Position numbers and translations under genes: made by a program
Part shown: one piece after another, positions 1 to 12,100 of the stretch
How the letters are laid out: the number at the start of each line of letters is the position of its first letter
How positions within the stretch are numbered: the first letter of the stretch is position 1
The notes under the pieces: generated by a model
Database searches by the model: none
What the model was told of the DNA's origin: nothing
Seen by the model: the letters and a program-made list of their open reading frames with translations, nothing else
Assembly: GCA_965235115.1 (NCBI GenBank)
Contig: OZ249452.1
Coordinates: 16,120,001 to 16,184,000, forward strand
From: Laetmonice hystrix
Taxonomy: Eukaryota
Length of the DNA stretch: 64,000 nt
Direction: 5' to 3'

Positions 1-93
1 TATGTTTAATGCTGCTAACATAACCAGAGAAACACGGAGAAGAGGGTCTCTTTGTTAGAAAGATTTATTTTAATGAATCCGTTTTGTCTCCAG

Positions 94-3000
94 AGTGATC
101 TCTTCAGACTCAACTGGCGTGTCGAACTCGTCAAAGCCCGCAAGAAACTCTTGACTGGGAGATGGAAAACACTTAATGACGTCACGAACATATATTTTGA
201 TGACGCTCTTCCTCTTCCAAAGGCACGCAGTCTTCACCTGTCTAATCTAGATGTTTAGATTTCAACTCTGTATCTAGTCTTGCGTATACTTTATCTATGA
301 ACATTTCCTATGTGATTTAGGTTTCGTTTCATAAACAGATCCAGTTGCAATCTTTAAGTACATGTATTTTCTCAGAACTTGGCGTGATTGTTGTTTCTGT
401 ATAAGGCCGTCCAGATGAAGTTGACACTGGAAGACTTACATTTCTCTAACCAACGGTTGGCAGGTTGCAACCCTTGTCACATCATGTTGTGTACACGAAT
501 TCCCGACAAGTAAGTTAGCCATGCAAGTCATCTTCGATCGAATCGATTTTCCCTGCTGAGATATTTTTTTTAAATAATATGTAATGAGTGTCAGTGAAAC
601 TCAAAGATCATTGATAATTCCGATGTGACGTCATATGTCGGTCATCAGTGTATGTGACGTCATAATGCCGGAACATAACTAAACATGCAAGTACCTTCAT
701 CTCATTATATCCCTTATATCGTATATCGACAGTTTTTCTGTGTCTCATGACGTCATAGCGCCGTTCCTGGATGGACAAACACTTCCGGAGGCATTGCGGA
801 GGTCTCGAATGTTTATTGTGGATTACTCCTGGCTGGAGGGGCTCGAACGAAACGACGGCCATGGACCGGTAAGTTTCCATGGCTTGGTAACTTGAGGGGG
901 TGGGGGTGGGGGGTGGGGGGGGGGTAGGGGTCCTTGTTTGGTATAGGGGGTACATAGAAAGGTAAGGGGCTCCGCTCTGGGTGTTGGCTACATAAAGATT
1001 AGGTGATTCGGTCAGGTTCTAAATCTGCTGTTCACACAAAGGTCTGACCATGCACGCCCAAGGGCATATCCAAGCGCCCTCTACATGCTACGAACCACTG
1101 TTAAAAATTGTCCTAAAAGTTCGTTGTGCTTTCCATGACATAATATCGCTTCCGGTCATCAGTTTCCAACCCCGATGGCACTGTTCTACCGTGACGACAG
1201 AGGTGATTTGACTCCGGTGGCAATCCAGTTGTGTGGTAACAAACTGGCGACAGACTCCCACCCGGTTAGTCAATTCACTTAGTAATACGGTCCTGTCAAC
1301 ATCAATCCCTTCACCGTTTGAAAAGTAGGACAGACGTAAGATATCCTACGTATATGAAACAGATTCATATAGTCGAGGTACAACAATTGATAGGATGATA
1401 CTCTTGATCTTCTTCTATGACGATTTGTTTCCAACACTTTACTAGTAATTGTTTTATCAAATCTAAAGGTGTTTGTACCCAGCGACCCCAAGTACACCTG
1501 GCACCTTGCCAAAATGTGGTTCAACGTTGTCGACGCATGCGTACATCAAGCCAAATTACACTTAGGTGAGAGAGGATAAATGAACGATTGAATATAATCT
1601 TCCTCGTTGAAATGTGAATTTATCAGTTAAATATACGTTTTTAATAACTTTGACAATGTCCGCCTCGTTTTGACAGGATTTACACATCTGATTATGGAAC
1701 CGATCTGTGTCGTCACTCACCGTCAACTCTCGCGATCTCACCCCGTCTTCCGGTTGCTTTCTCCACACTTCCTCTATCTGATCGCAGTCAATGGGTATGA
1801 CCTTTAGTGACCTTGAAGGTTAACGTCCCCCATGGTGATATTACCACGGAATTAGGAGTAAGGGTAGGGTTAGGGGCGGGATGAGGATATGGAAAGATTT
1901 TCAGTTCAGACACCCTAAATTCGTGAAATGTTCCCATGGAATATCACCGTATTTTTGCTTTCAGTATTAGTGTAGACACTATAGAACACTCAATCCCTGT
2001 CTAAGTAACTATGCAACATGGCAAGATCAACATCAACTGATGTTGATATTGCCGCCAATGGATGAAACGGGGTACTAACTGACTTCGTACAGATCTTATA
2101 TGCCGTCGTATCATGAAGACAGCACCTAGTGGAAATGACCGAGAAGTTTCATAGGAAAAATGCGTCATTTGATTGTAGGAATGGCGTTGGCAAATTATTG
2201 GAACCCAAGGGATGGATTGATACCATGATGCTTTGCGACCGGAAGGGAGCACACGATATAATCCGTCGGACGCTCACTAGATGGCGCCTTGACGTCGACG
2301 GAACGCTGCCGGAAGAACTTCGCAGCAGACAGGTAAATAAGATCTATAAATATCTAACATAGTCCAAGTAAATCTGACGTTATGGAACTCTAATAACACT
2401 GTTTAACGTGAAAACTTGAAGCCTTATTGAAGTTGTAACACTTTATGTTGTAGGTTGATGATCCCAAAGTCCTGCCAGACTATCCTTACAGAGATGACGC
2501 ACTGCTCCTCTATGACGTCATCCTCACATACGTCACAACAATCATCCGGTTCCATTATGGTTACTATATATAGTCAGGTTTTCATATGTATTAGATTACG
2601 TTTTCAAATTTGTTTCTTTAGATTTACCACTATAAGAGGGTCCCATTTTTAGATTCGGATGAGAAAGTTCAGAATGATTGGGAAGTTCAGGCATGGGCGT
2701 CTGAGCTTGTGACCCCTGCAGCAAACGGTGGCGCTGGAATACAGGTCAGTCAATCAAGGTGACTTAGAGGTCAGCCGATCCCCATGGTAACGAAATTTGA
2801 CGGCTAAGGACGTCAAATCTATCAATAGTTCTAGCTCCTCACTGTATTTCATAAAACATAAATAACGTTATATCCAAACAAGTGTGTATGAAAAAAAATC
2901 ACTCTTTCCTATATCACCGCGCGTTTGTCGTATATGTCGTCAGGGGGTGCCAGGGCGTGGGAAAGTGTCGAACGCTGAGGACCTTATTTCCATGGTAACG

Positions 3001-4100
3001 CCCATCATCTTCACGTGCAGCGTGCAGCATGCAGCCGTCAATTTTAACCAGTATGAAGAGTACGCGTTACCTATGAACTACCCGGCGTTCCTGCATGGAG
3101 ACCCCCCGACAGACAAGGTATGCACAGCTTCAGGGCAGAGAGCGTAATTACTTTGTTCATGGTCCCGCCTCAGGAAGACGGTCTCTTCCCCCTTACCTAT
3201 ATAGTGACATTCCTGATGTGGCGACATAGGGGACTTTCTCTTACAGCCGTCACACAAGCCATGTGGGCAGTCTCCGAAAATCTCGCCAATTTGGGGATGT
3301 CCCCTGTGAAAGGGGGGGGGGGTCTACTGGGGGGACCTCAGCACAATGATAACCTTACATCGTCCCAATCATACTGAACTAAAAACCATTACTACCTGAA
3401 ATGCTGTGATGCCATTGGCTGACGCAGGAACCAAGGACCGCAGACGACATCCTTGCGTCTCTGCCCGACAAGAGAATGACGTTAGACACGGCCATGGTTT
3501 GTCGCATTCTCAGTGAGAAAGCTCTCGTCCCGAAATGTCTCGCTTACTTCGAAGTCCAGTATGCCTACGATCCAATCGCCGTCCAGGCCTTGACAAGGTA
3601 TAACTACTGCTCCGTATAAAAAAAAAAATTTACGTCACAATACTACGTCATCATACGTCATAAGTATTTTGGTGAGATCCCTATTTTAGATCACGTGACC
3701 CTATTTAAGCCAATCAGGGGTGTTCTTCTGGTTTGACGTTGGATATGACAAGTCTCTTGGATGGAACCAGGGCCGTTCCCATAGTTCGGACAGTTGTCCC
3801 ATGGTGATTCTAAAAATTCTCACTCTTGACATGCAGGTGCCTTTTAAATTGAGGAAATAATTGTCTTTATATAGCGGCAGCACGTGTCCCTTGGATCGAA
3901 GAACTGCCCGCTAGCATTTGTTTGCTAAGCCTAAGAGCTAAAGCACTATTTCTAAAATAAATCTTGTTTCTTTTAATCCTATCAGACTTAGATCAGACCT
4001 CGCAACCGTAGAAGACACGATCAAGAAACGAAATCAGACAAGACCGGAGGCATACACTGTTCTTTTGCCCAGCACTATCCCAAACTCCATCAGTATTTAA
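94..4100 (+). CDS. Lipoxygenase (animal non-heme iron LOX catalytic domain), 5'-partial; 12 exons, ~498 aa in window
   Basis: Exons 94-222, 406-509, 733-868, 1163-1264, 1469-1565, 1677-1794, 2179-2332, 2454-2559, 2653-2744, 2944-3117, 3428-3597, 3986-4100 join in phase without stops. LOX motifs: [34 protein letters not shown] (H-x4-H-x4-H), [21 protein letters not shown]-terminal IPNSISI*. N-terminal part lies before the window. Confidence 0.95.
1833..1949. mobile_element. Short inverted-repeat element with telomere-like G-rich core
   Basis: GGTGATATT (1834) / AATATCACC (1940) inverted ends around GGGTAGGGTTAGGGGCGGG; reverse complement resembles 41590-41650. Confidence 0.4.
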
Positions 4101-5073
4101 TTATCAGAATCCCTAACTCCATTAGTAGGCCCTGTTTGATTATCAGAATCCCTAACTCCATTAGTAGGCCCTGTTTGATTATCAGAATCCTAACTCCATT
4201 AGTAGGCCCTGTTTGATTATCAGAATCCCCAACTCCATTAGTAGGCCCTGTTTGATTATCAGAATCCTAACTCCATTAGTAGGCCCTGTTTGATTATCAG
4301 AATCCTAACTCCATTAGTAGGCCCTGTTTGATTATCAGAATCCTAACTCCATTAGTAGGCCCTGTTTGATTATCAGAATCCTAACTCCATTAGTAGGCCC
4401 TGTTTGATTATCAGAATCCTAACTCCATTAGTAGGCCCTGTTTGATTATCAGAATCCCCAACTCCATTAGTAGGCCCTGTTTGATTATCAGAATCCTAAC
4501 TCCATTAGTAGGCCCTGTTTGATTATCAGAATCCCTAACTCCATTAGTAGGCCCTGTTTGATTATCAGAATCCCCAACTCCATTAGTAGGCCCTGTTTGA
4601 TTATCAGAATCCTAACTCCATTAGTAGGCCCTGTTTGATTATCAGAATCCCTAACTCCATTAGTAGGCCCTGTTTGATTATCAGAATCCCCAACTCCATT
4701 AGTAGGCCCTGTTTGATTATCAGAATCCTAACTCCATTAGTAGGCCCTGTTTGATTATCAGAATCCCCAACTCCATTAGTAGGCCCTGTTTGATTATCAG
4801 AATCCTAACTCCATTAGTAGGCCTGCCCTGTTTGATTATCAGAATCCCCCACTCCATTAGTAGGACCTGTTTGATTATCAGAATCCCCCACTCCATTAGT
4901 AGGCCCTGTTTGATTATCAGAATCCCCAACTCCATTAGTAGGCCCTGTTTGATTATCAGAATCCTAACTCCATTAGTAGGCCCTGTTTGATTATCAGAAT
5001 CCCAAACTCCATTAGTAGGCCCTGTTTGATTATCAGAATCCTGACTCCATTAGTAGGCCCTGTTTGATTATCA
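4101..5073 (+). repeat. 38-39 bp minisatellite, ~25 copies, starting immediately after the LOX stop codon
   Basis: Unit TTATCAGAATCC(C)TAACTCCATTAGTAGGCCCTGTTTGA in tandem. Confidence 0.97.
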
Positions 5074-5540
5074 AGCCTGGTTAGGGATCTGTTCAATCGG
5101 GATGGTCCAAGTTTCTGTCTAACTTATGACACCTTCGTAGAAAAATAAAAATTATATCAGATAAAGACCAATTGATGGCCATAAATATATATGCCTAGCC
5201 TTAGCCTATAACAGAGCTCACTCAAATATATATCATTAATAGAAGCCCATTCCTGCAAATATAGATTTTATTGGAAAAGATTGGGAAACACGATGAAAAA
5301 GAACTGGGTTAGGCCTATTGAAAATAATTGAAAACTCCCCGCCTGCGTCTCTAGGGGGGGGGGGGGGGGTATTTGGTCACGCACCAGAAACTTAGACCAC
5401 TGGGCAACATTGGCGGGTAACTTACGGCAACCTCTTCGAAACAATCATTGTTAGTTGTTTCGTGTAGATTTTGGGTACCAAATAGTCAATGAGCAGCTGG
5501 AAGTTTCAGCTTGGCATCCTCGGCGCTCTCCGCTGTCAAG

Positions 5541-5931
5541 AGCGCCCCCTCTCGGCTGGTGAACGAACCAGAGTTACAATGTGTGTACATTTGCCGCCAG
5601 ACGGCAACTCTACGCTGTCCTCTCATCAGACTCCCTCTGCTCGTGTCCGAGCTATCGCTCCGGTCCCGCGGCCTCAGATGATCGATCGGCAAAAATGGTT
5701 TTTCCAAGTTCCATGACCGGTTCCAAATTAAGAAAAAGGGACCATGGTAAAATCTAAGCTAGTGTTCTCTGAAAATGCAAGCAAACCAGATGTCAAATGA
5801 ATCCAAAGTAGGCTAAGTCTGTGGCTAAGTTCTGAAAGTTTCGCTCAGCTTCTTGGTCCATTTTCGCGGCTTGATCATGCAGCGCCACCTACCGAATCTC
5901 GCCCACACGATCCGCTGCTCCCTCTAGTGGC
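5541..5931 (-). promoter_or_regulatory. Three CTCF-like motifs in the CpG-rich region between LOX and the FLACC1-like gene
   Basis: AGCGCCCCCTCTCGG (5541), AGCGCCACCTACCG (5881), CTCCCTCTAGTGGC (5918) match the reverse complement of CCACYAGRKGGCRS; motif match only. Confidence 0.4.
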
Positions 5932-6585
5932 AAACTTGATAACATCGCATCTCGCCTTCTCCCGCGTGAGTTCCGCACCTGCCTGGAAACAAAATGGCCA
6001 TCGACGCTCAGTGATCTCGAAGCACGGGACCATTAGATGTATCGTACTGTTGTACCAAGTTCGGAGAGAAACAGTTGAATTACAGGTAACACATGGATTT
6101 ATATATGTATTTGCTTTGTGTATGGGATATTGGCACAATACAGGTGCACACGAGCAGGGAACGAACAGCGTTAACTTGTATTGTTTACATTTCGCTTTGA
6201 CACCGCTTGGCCTGTTTTGGTTTCGTTTTGCTGGCTGGGAGTGGGAAGGCTGCCGGCGGTACCCCATTAAATTGAACAATTTAAACCTGTATTGAAATGG
6301 AAAACCGCTGCATCAGAGTTCTCACACCCCCAGAGCCTCGTACTTCCTTGTAAAATAGCTGTAGAGACGAGTTTAGTAGAGATTATATTCATAATGTTGT
6401 GTTCCGTGGCGCAAGGTTTGCCACGCCCACATCCCAACATTCGGCGTTGTGTCGCTCACAGCGCCGGTAGCGGGCTCAGACATGTCTCGGGCTCGGGCGG
6501 CGCAGGTTAGTGCAGGGAAAATACACCAGGCGGCAGCAATGAGACAAGGGAGTATTCTAGGCCTAATGCTTTGCTTTCGCCTATG

Positions 6586-6730
6586 CAGGGCCGTAGCTAG
6601 AAATTTCTGGGGGGGGGGGGGGGGGGGGCAGTCAGGGGCGAGAGAGCTAAAAACGTGAAGGCATTAGCCCTCTCCCAGAAAAAAATTGAAAATTACACTA
6701 TTTATACACATTTTCCTGGCATCTGGGAAC
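6586..6730. mobile_element. Partial MITE of the CAGGG/CAGTG-terminal family
   Basis: CAGGGCCGTAGCTAG followed by poly-G, then AAAAATTGAAAATT...ATTTTCCTGGCATCTG, shared with the interior of 52257-52535. Confidence 0.5.
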
Positions 6731-9144
6731 AATCTGTGAGCTGTGTCGTGTAGTAAGGGCAACATTCTGTGGTTTTCTATCTTTCAGTTTCAGAACAAAA
6801 TCCTTGTGATCATGAAACGAGACAGGGCACCAAGTGGGACAGCATTCTGTTCCAAACTGGCACAACTAGACCGACCAAAGTAAGTCCCAACTCAGCTCTG
6901 ATCTTGCATAATATTTTATTTGATATATTTTCTAAACAAAGATTTAAAAATAAGAATAAAAGATATAAGTAAGAATATAAATGATTAAATAATTAATAAA
7001 AAAATTAACTCAGAAGTGTCAGTAATTCTAGGCTACTTTACATCATACGTTCAAGTTGTATAAAGGACCCTATATGCCTTGGTTCGAAATTATATGCACG
7101 GTAACAGAAGAAGGGGCAACCCCCCAAAAAAACAAAGTGTACTAGCCTTCATTAATCTTTTATTTGGAAGTTAGAGTTCTCTTGAAGATTGTTGAAGTTC
7201 TGAGGAAAACAACCAGACTTGATCATGTCTTGTATTGATTTAATTATTCAACAAAGGCCAGGAAAAAATAAAGTCTGGTTTCCTGTGGACACAGTGGCAA
7301 CCCACTGACCTAAAAAAATATAATATTGAGCGGATATTGATCTCAATAATCTGACTTTTTTATCCAGCTTTTGATCATGTTACGGGAAATCTACTATTAA
7401 TTCTCTATGGCCTAAGTTGCACTCAGCACCGTGCATCAGGAACAGTCTGAGTGAGAAAGTTCGGCTCACTCGGTGCCTGCCATAGTAACTTCCCAAACAT
7501 AGACTTCTCCATGCAGGCTTCTGTTGTACAGATCACCGCTTGAATGAATAATAAATTACATCCTTTATCGACCCTGGCTACAAACTGGCAAACTTCTGCC
7601 GGGTACCATCAATAGGGGGAGTCAGAAACCAGGCCATGGGATTACAATTGGGGGAGGAGAGAATGCCGGTATGTATACGTCGTAGTATCACCGGTTACCC
7701 CCCGCTCCCCCCACCCCGCCTCACCCCAACACCTCCACCCCACACGCCCACCCCCCGCAAAATTACCAGATGTTGTGAACGGGTTTTTCTGTTGATCTTC
7801 AGTGTTGATTATTAGATAGTATTACTGAGAGAAATATCAGTTATAAAAAATAATTGGTTTGCAGACGTAGCAGTCCATCTCAGCACAAACCTGCCAAGGC
7901 AAGGATTCTGACATGTGGATTTCATATTTTCAGTTTATGGCAAAGGTTGAGGGAGATGCGCGCTCCCTAAACAGTTAAAGTAAAGTCAACATCTACCGGA
8001 GATGGTGTCAGTTAGGCCTAAGTTAAAAGTCAATCTGCAGGACTAAGGGGGGGGGGGGCGTACCCCCCTTCAATCATCCCCCTGTGAACAGATGGGTGGG
8101 ACGTAACGTGCCAATGACTATTGATTGGCGAATCCAGAAAAGGGGGGTGAGGGGGGGGGGGGGCAAGGCAGCCCTGAACTGCACTGACTCAGCACTGGTT
8201 TTAAGAGCTACAATATTAAGCCAGGATTAAAGCAGATTATAAGGATTTACCCCGAGGATAATCTGCAGTCTGCAGCTATGGAAATCTCTTAACCAGGGGG
8301 GGGGGGGGGTGTTTCAATAAGCGCATCCGACCAGCGACGGACCAAAAAGCCTACAACCAAGCGACGGACTGTCTGTAGCTCTGGCTCAGCGATGTTTACA
8401 TTTCTATGGAGCGATCTACCAAGGGGCGATTTTTATAGGGCGATCTGTCCATGCGACGTCCACACCATTTTGACATCACCCTTTTATTTCAATAGGGTTT
8501 TTGAACTTATTTCTAGAAACATGGATGGGCAGCCAGGAAAATATTTAGACAATCTAATTAGAGCGCTTACTTGATTAATTAAGTTGATTGGGAGTGACCA
8601 TGGCATGACAGGACTGCACAGACAAGAGACGTCTGTGGTTAGACAACGTTAAAGTTCCTACCAACTGTGGATCAGAAACACACATTTAAAGTGGGCCAAA
8701 TTGGTGCGGCCTTATGGATTAGTCCTGTGTTGAATTGTTGGCCTCAGTAACAAAGTGATCAGTACGATTAGACCCAGTGAACGTGGGACTTACCATCTAC
8801 GCCTCCAGGCTGGAGGTGGCCCCTGCCTGGCACTGTACCACTGTAAATTGGGGACAGTGGTGAGAACTAGAACAGTAAACTCTACTGTCTCAGATCTACA
8901 GCAGGCTACTGGATATACGTTAGACATCTACTGGATGTATCAAAACTATGGTCATAAGATCTTCAGTAAAATACTAGATCCACATGAAACTACAGGATAC
9001 AGGACATAGTAAAAACTGACACCGGACACTGGATAAAAAACTACGGCAGGAGATTCACCCTGATAGAGGGATCCACAGGTCTGGAGGTTTAGTATAAACA
9101 CATACTGGAGGTTTGTGAAAGGTGAATACTACGTACTCTCAAGG

Positions 9145-12100
9145 ATGATACGAGTGGAGATCGTACGCCCCAACCAGAAGTGAGTTTGTCTTTCGACTCT
9201 GGTGTTTATAAATCAGTTTTTGTTAAGGAATCCGGTGGAGTATCAGACAAAAACCATGGTAGAAAGGAAATGTCCTGTAGCATGGAACCATCGACATCTC
9301 TCAAACTCGTGTAAATTGATGTCCATAGGCAATAAATTGAACGAATTCAGTTTGTTCACTGCACAGATTCTTATAAAATATATCTCAAGTCAAGAGCATC
9401 CTGATCCGAGCTCATGAAAAATTTACAAAGGGAATTGCCCGCACTTCCTGCCTCGATCAATACACGGGGGGGGGGGGGGGGGGGGGGCTTCCCCTCCCTG
9501 CGTCCTTCCCTGCCCCGCCCTGTGACGGGCCAGTAACCGCCTCCCTGCCCCGGGACAGGCGACCAATCGGTCCCTTCCCCTCCCTGAGTCCTTCCCTGCC
9601 CCGCCCCGTGACGGGCCAGTAACCGCCTCCCTGCCCCGGGACAGGCGACCAATCGGTCCCTTCCCCTCCCTGAGTCCTTCCCTGCCCCGCCCCGTGACGG
9701 GCCAGCAGGGTCATCAACCCGCCCCTCCCCGCCCCGTGACGGGCCAGTATCCGCCTCCCTGCCCCGGGACAGGCGACCAATCGGTCCCTTCCCCTCCCTG
9801 AGTCCTTCCCTGCCCCGCCCCGTGACGGGCCAGTAACCGCCTCCCTGCCCCGGGACAGGCGACCAATCGGTCCCTTCCCCTCCCTGAGTCCTTCCCTGCC
9901 CCGCCCCGTGACGGGCCAGTAACCGCCTCCCTGCCCCGGGACAGGCGACCAATCGGTCCCTTCCCCTCCCTGAGTCCTTCCCTGCCCCGCCCCGTGACGG
10001 GCCAGCAGGGTCAGCAACCCGCCCCTCCCCGCCCCGTGACGGGCCAGTATCCCCATCCCTGCCCAGGGACAGGCGACCAATCGGTCTCTTCCCCTTCCCC
10101 TCCATTTCTTCATTTCTGTGGGTATACATTTATTGATTTATGTAGTCCAGGCCTTATCTCATCTAACACAGCCCATGTCTGTATTTTGGAGTCATTGAAA
10201 TAAGAGATAGTCATGGTTAGCTTCAAGGTTATTTTAACATTGTTTTATATTATTTATCATATTTTTTGTCTCCTCCTCCAAGGTCAACGCCCTTGACACT
10301 AAGAACCAAACGCGACCAGGGGTCATCCTTGTCCAGAGGTCACGGCGTCATAGACAACAGACCAAAGACAGCGCTGGGGATGACAAGACCAGAGTGAGTG
10401 ACAGTTCTACCTGGTATCATAAGGGGCGTGTACCAGCCATTTTCTCAGGGAAGGGGGCAGGTATTAAATTTATGTTCAAACGTTTAAGTTTAAAAGTAGG
10501 TGAAATTGTTCAGTAAGAGTTTAACGCTAGGTGTCTGGCCTTGTCAGTTTTTTCTCAGATGTGTACCGTGGTGCAAGGCCCAGATTACTCTGTCAACATC
10601 GGTAAGTCGCAGAGTTGTAAGTCAACAGTAAATTGTTGTTACCCCAACAGTTGGTGCTTGGTTCTGTCTGTTGGAAGAGTTGAGAAAGTTGAGTTGCAGA
10701 GTTGGGAGTCAGTGAAACACTTGGACACTCACGGCAGGGCGGTCGGAGGGAGTCGGGGGGGGGGGGGGGTCGGGAAACCCCCCTTCAACTTGAAGTTCAA
10801 GATTTGCTCTCTTTCAGTTCATGGGAGTTGCACTATATAAATGTACCACTATAGAAATGTGAAGTTCATGCCTGATTTGACTGTTTACTTGACAATGACA
10901 TCCTTTTACAGGTACGCAGTGTCCCTGTAGGGTGCTCGTACTATTAAACACCCAGACCTGTAGGCAGCAAGCGTCATGACTCAGTGATTTCAGCTCCAAT
11001 ACTTTTTCTTGCAGTGCCAATTATGACTAATTTCAAATATCTCTTCTTTCTGGCAGATCTTAATATTTGTTGTTTGCTGTAACAGAAGAGAGACCCCCTT
11101 TTTTTTGTCTCCTGCTGCGACACTCGTGACTGATGCTATACATGTGTATTTGTTGTTTGCTGTAACAGAAGATCGAGAGAGACCCCCCCCCTTTTTTTTG
11201 TCTCCTGCTGCGACACTCGTGACTGATGCTATATTTGTGTTTGCTGGGACAGATGTGATCGGGTCCACCAGGTTGAACGGGAGTCGACAAGGAAGCACAA
11301 TTTTGAAGCTCATCTTCCAATCAAGAAACCACGTACTCCTCCGTGGCAGCAAAAACTGGATGTAAGTTTTAACAAATCAAGTGTAAATCCTAACTCAATG
11401 TTTGAAAAACTAATTTTAAGATATTAGGTGACGTCATTGATATCTGTCAAAGATACAGTTCCGACCGTTGTTCATTCACAGTGCTCGCCAACGCCATGTG
11501 TGGTCGCTCCTGGTTACCTTCTGTCGCGAAGTAAAAGTAAGATAGCCATGTACATCAAAACAGATGAGTTCTTCGACCCCCAGCAAGATCCACACAAAGG
11601 GTAAGTAATAATATAAGTGTTCTCAAGAAAAGGAAAATTTCACTTTCAAAATATCTGTCCCCAAATGTGTGTAATTATGTGGGTGGAGATGCTGAGAGGT
11701 AAATTCATGTGAGACTATAATAAAAACCCTTTAAAAAGGGGGGGGGGGGGGGGTCGCGCCCCTTAAGTTACCACTAATGTGGTTACGTAACTAGTCAAAC
11801 GTAGTTTTGAATTACGTCTCTGGCAACGACTCTAAAGGTGGAATGAATTCCTTGAAATATTCTTTTATCATGACAAGAAATACTGACAGAGCTATCCCGT
11901 TGTTTTACAGAGGCCATAGAAGCGACTCAAAGACGTGAGTATTGCCTAGTTTTGTTGTTTTTCTATGGTTTGGCTGTGGGACCTCCTCTGAGTATGAGGT
12001 ACGGAAATTCTTACGACCTCACCTCAGGAGATAAATTCCCAATAACAGGCTCCTGCAGCATTTTCTTATAATTTTTTATTCTGCTGAACTTTGGATTCTG

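Noticed and set aside
9371-10129. 252-aa and 218-aa Gly-rich minus-strand ORFs
   Set aside because: Translation of the intronic 86-bp minisatellite.
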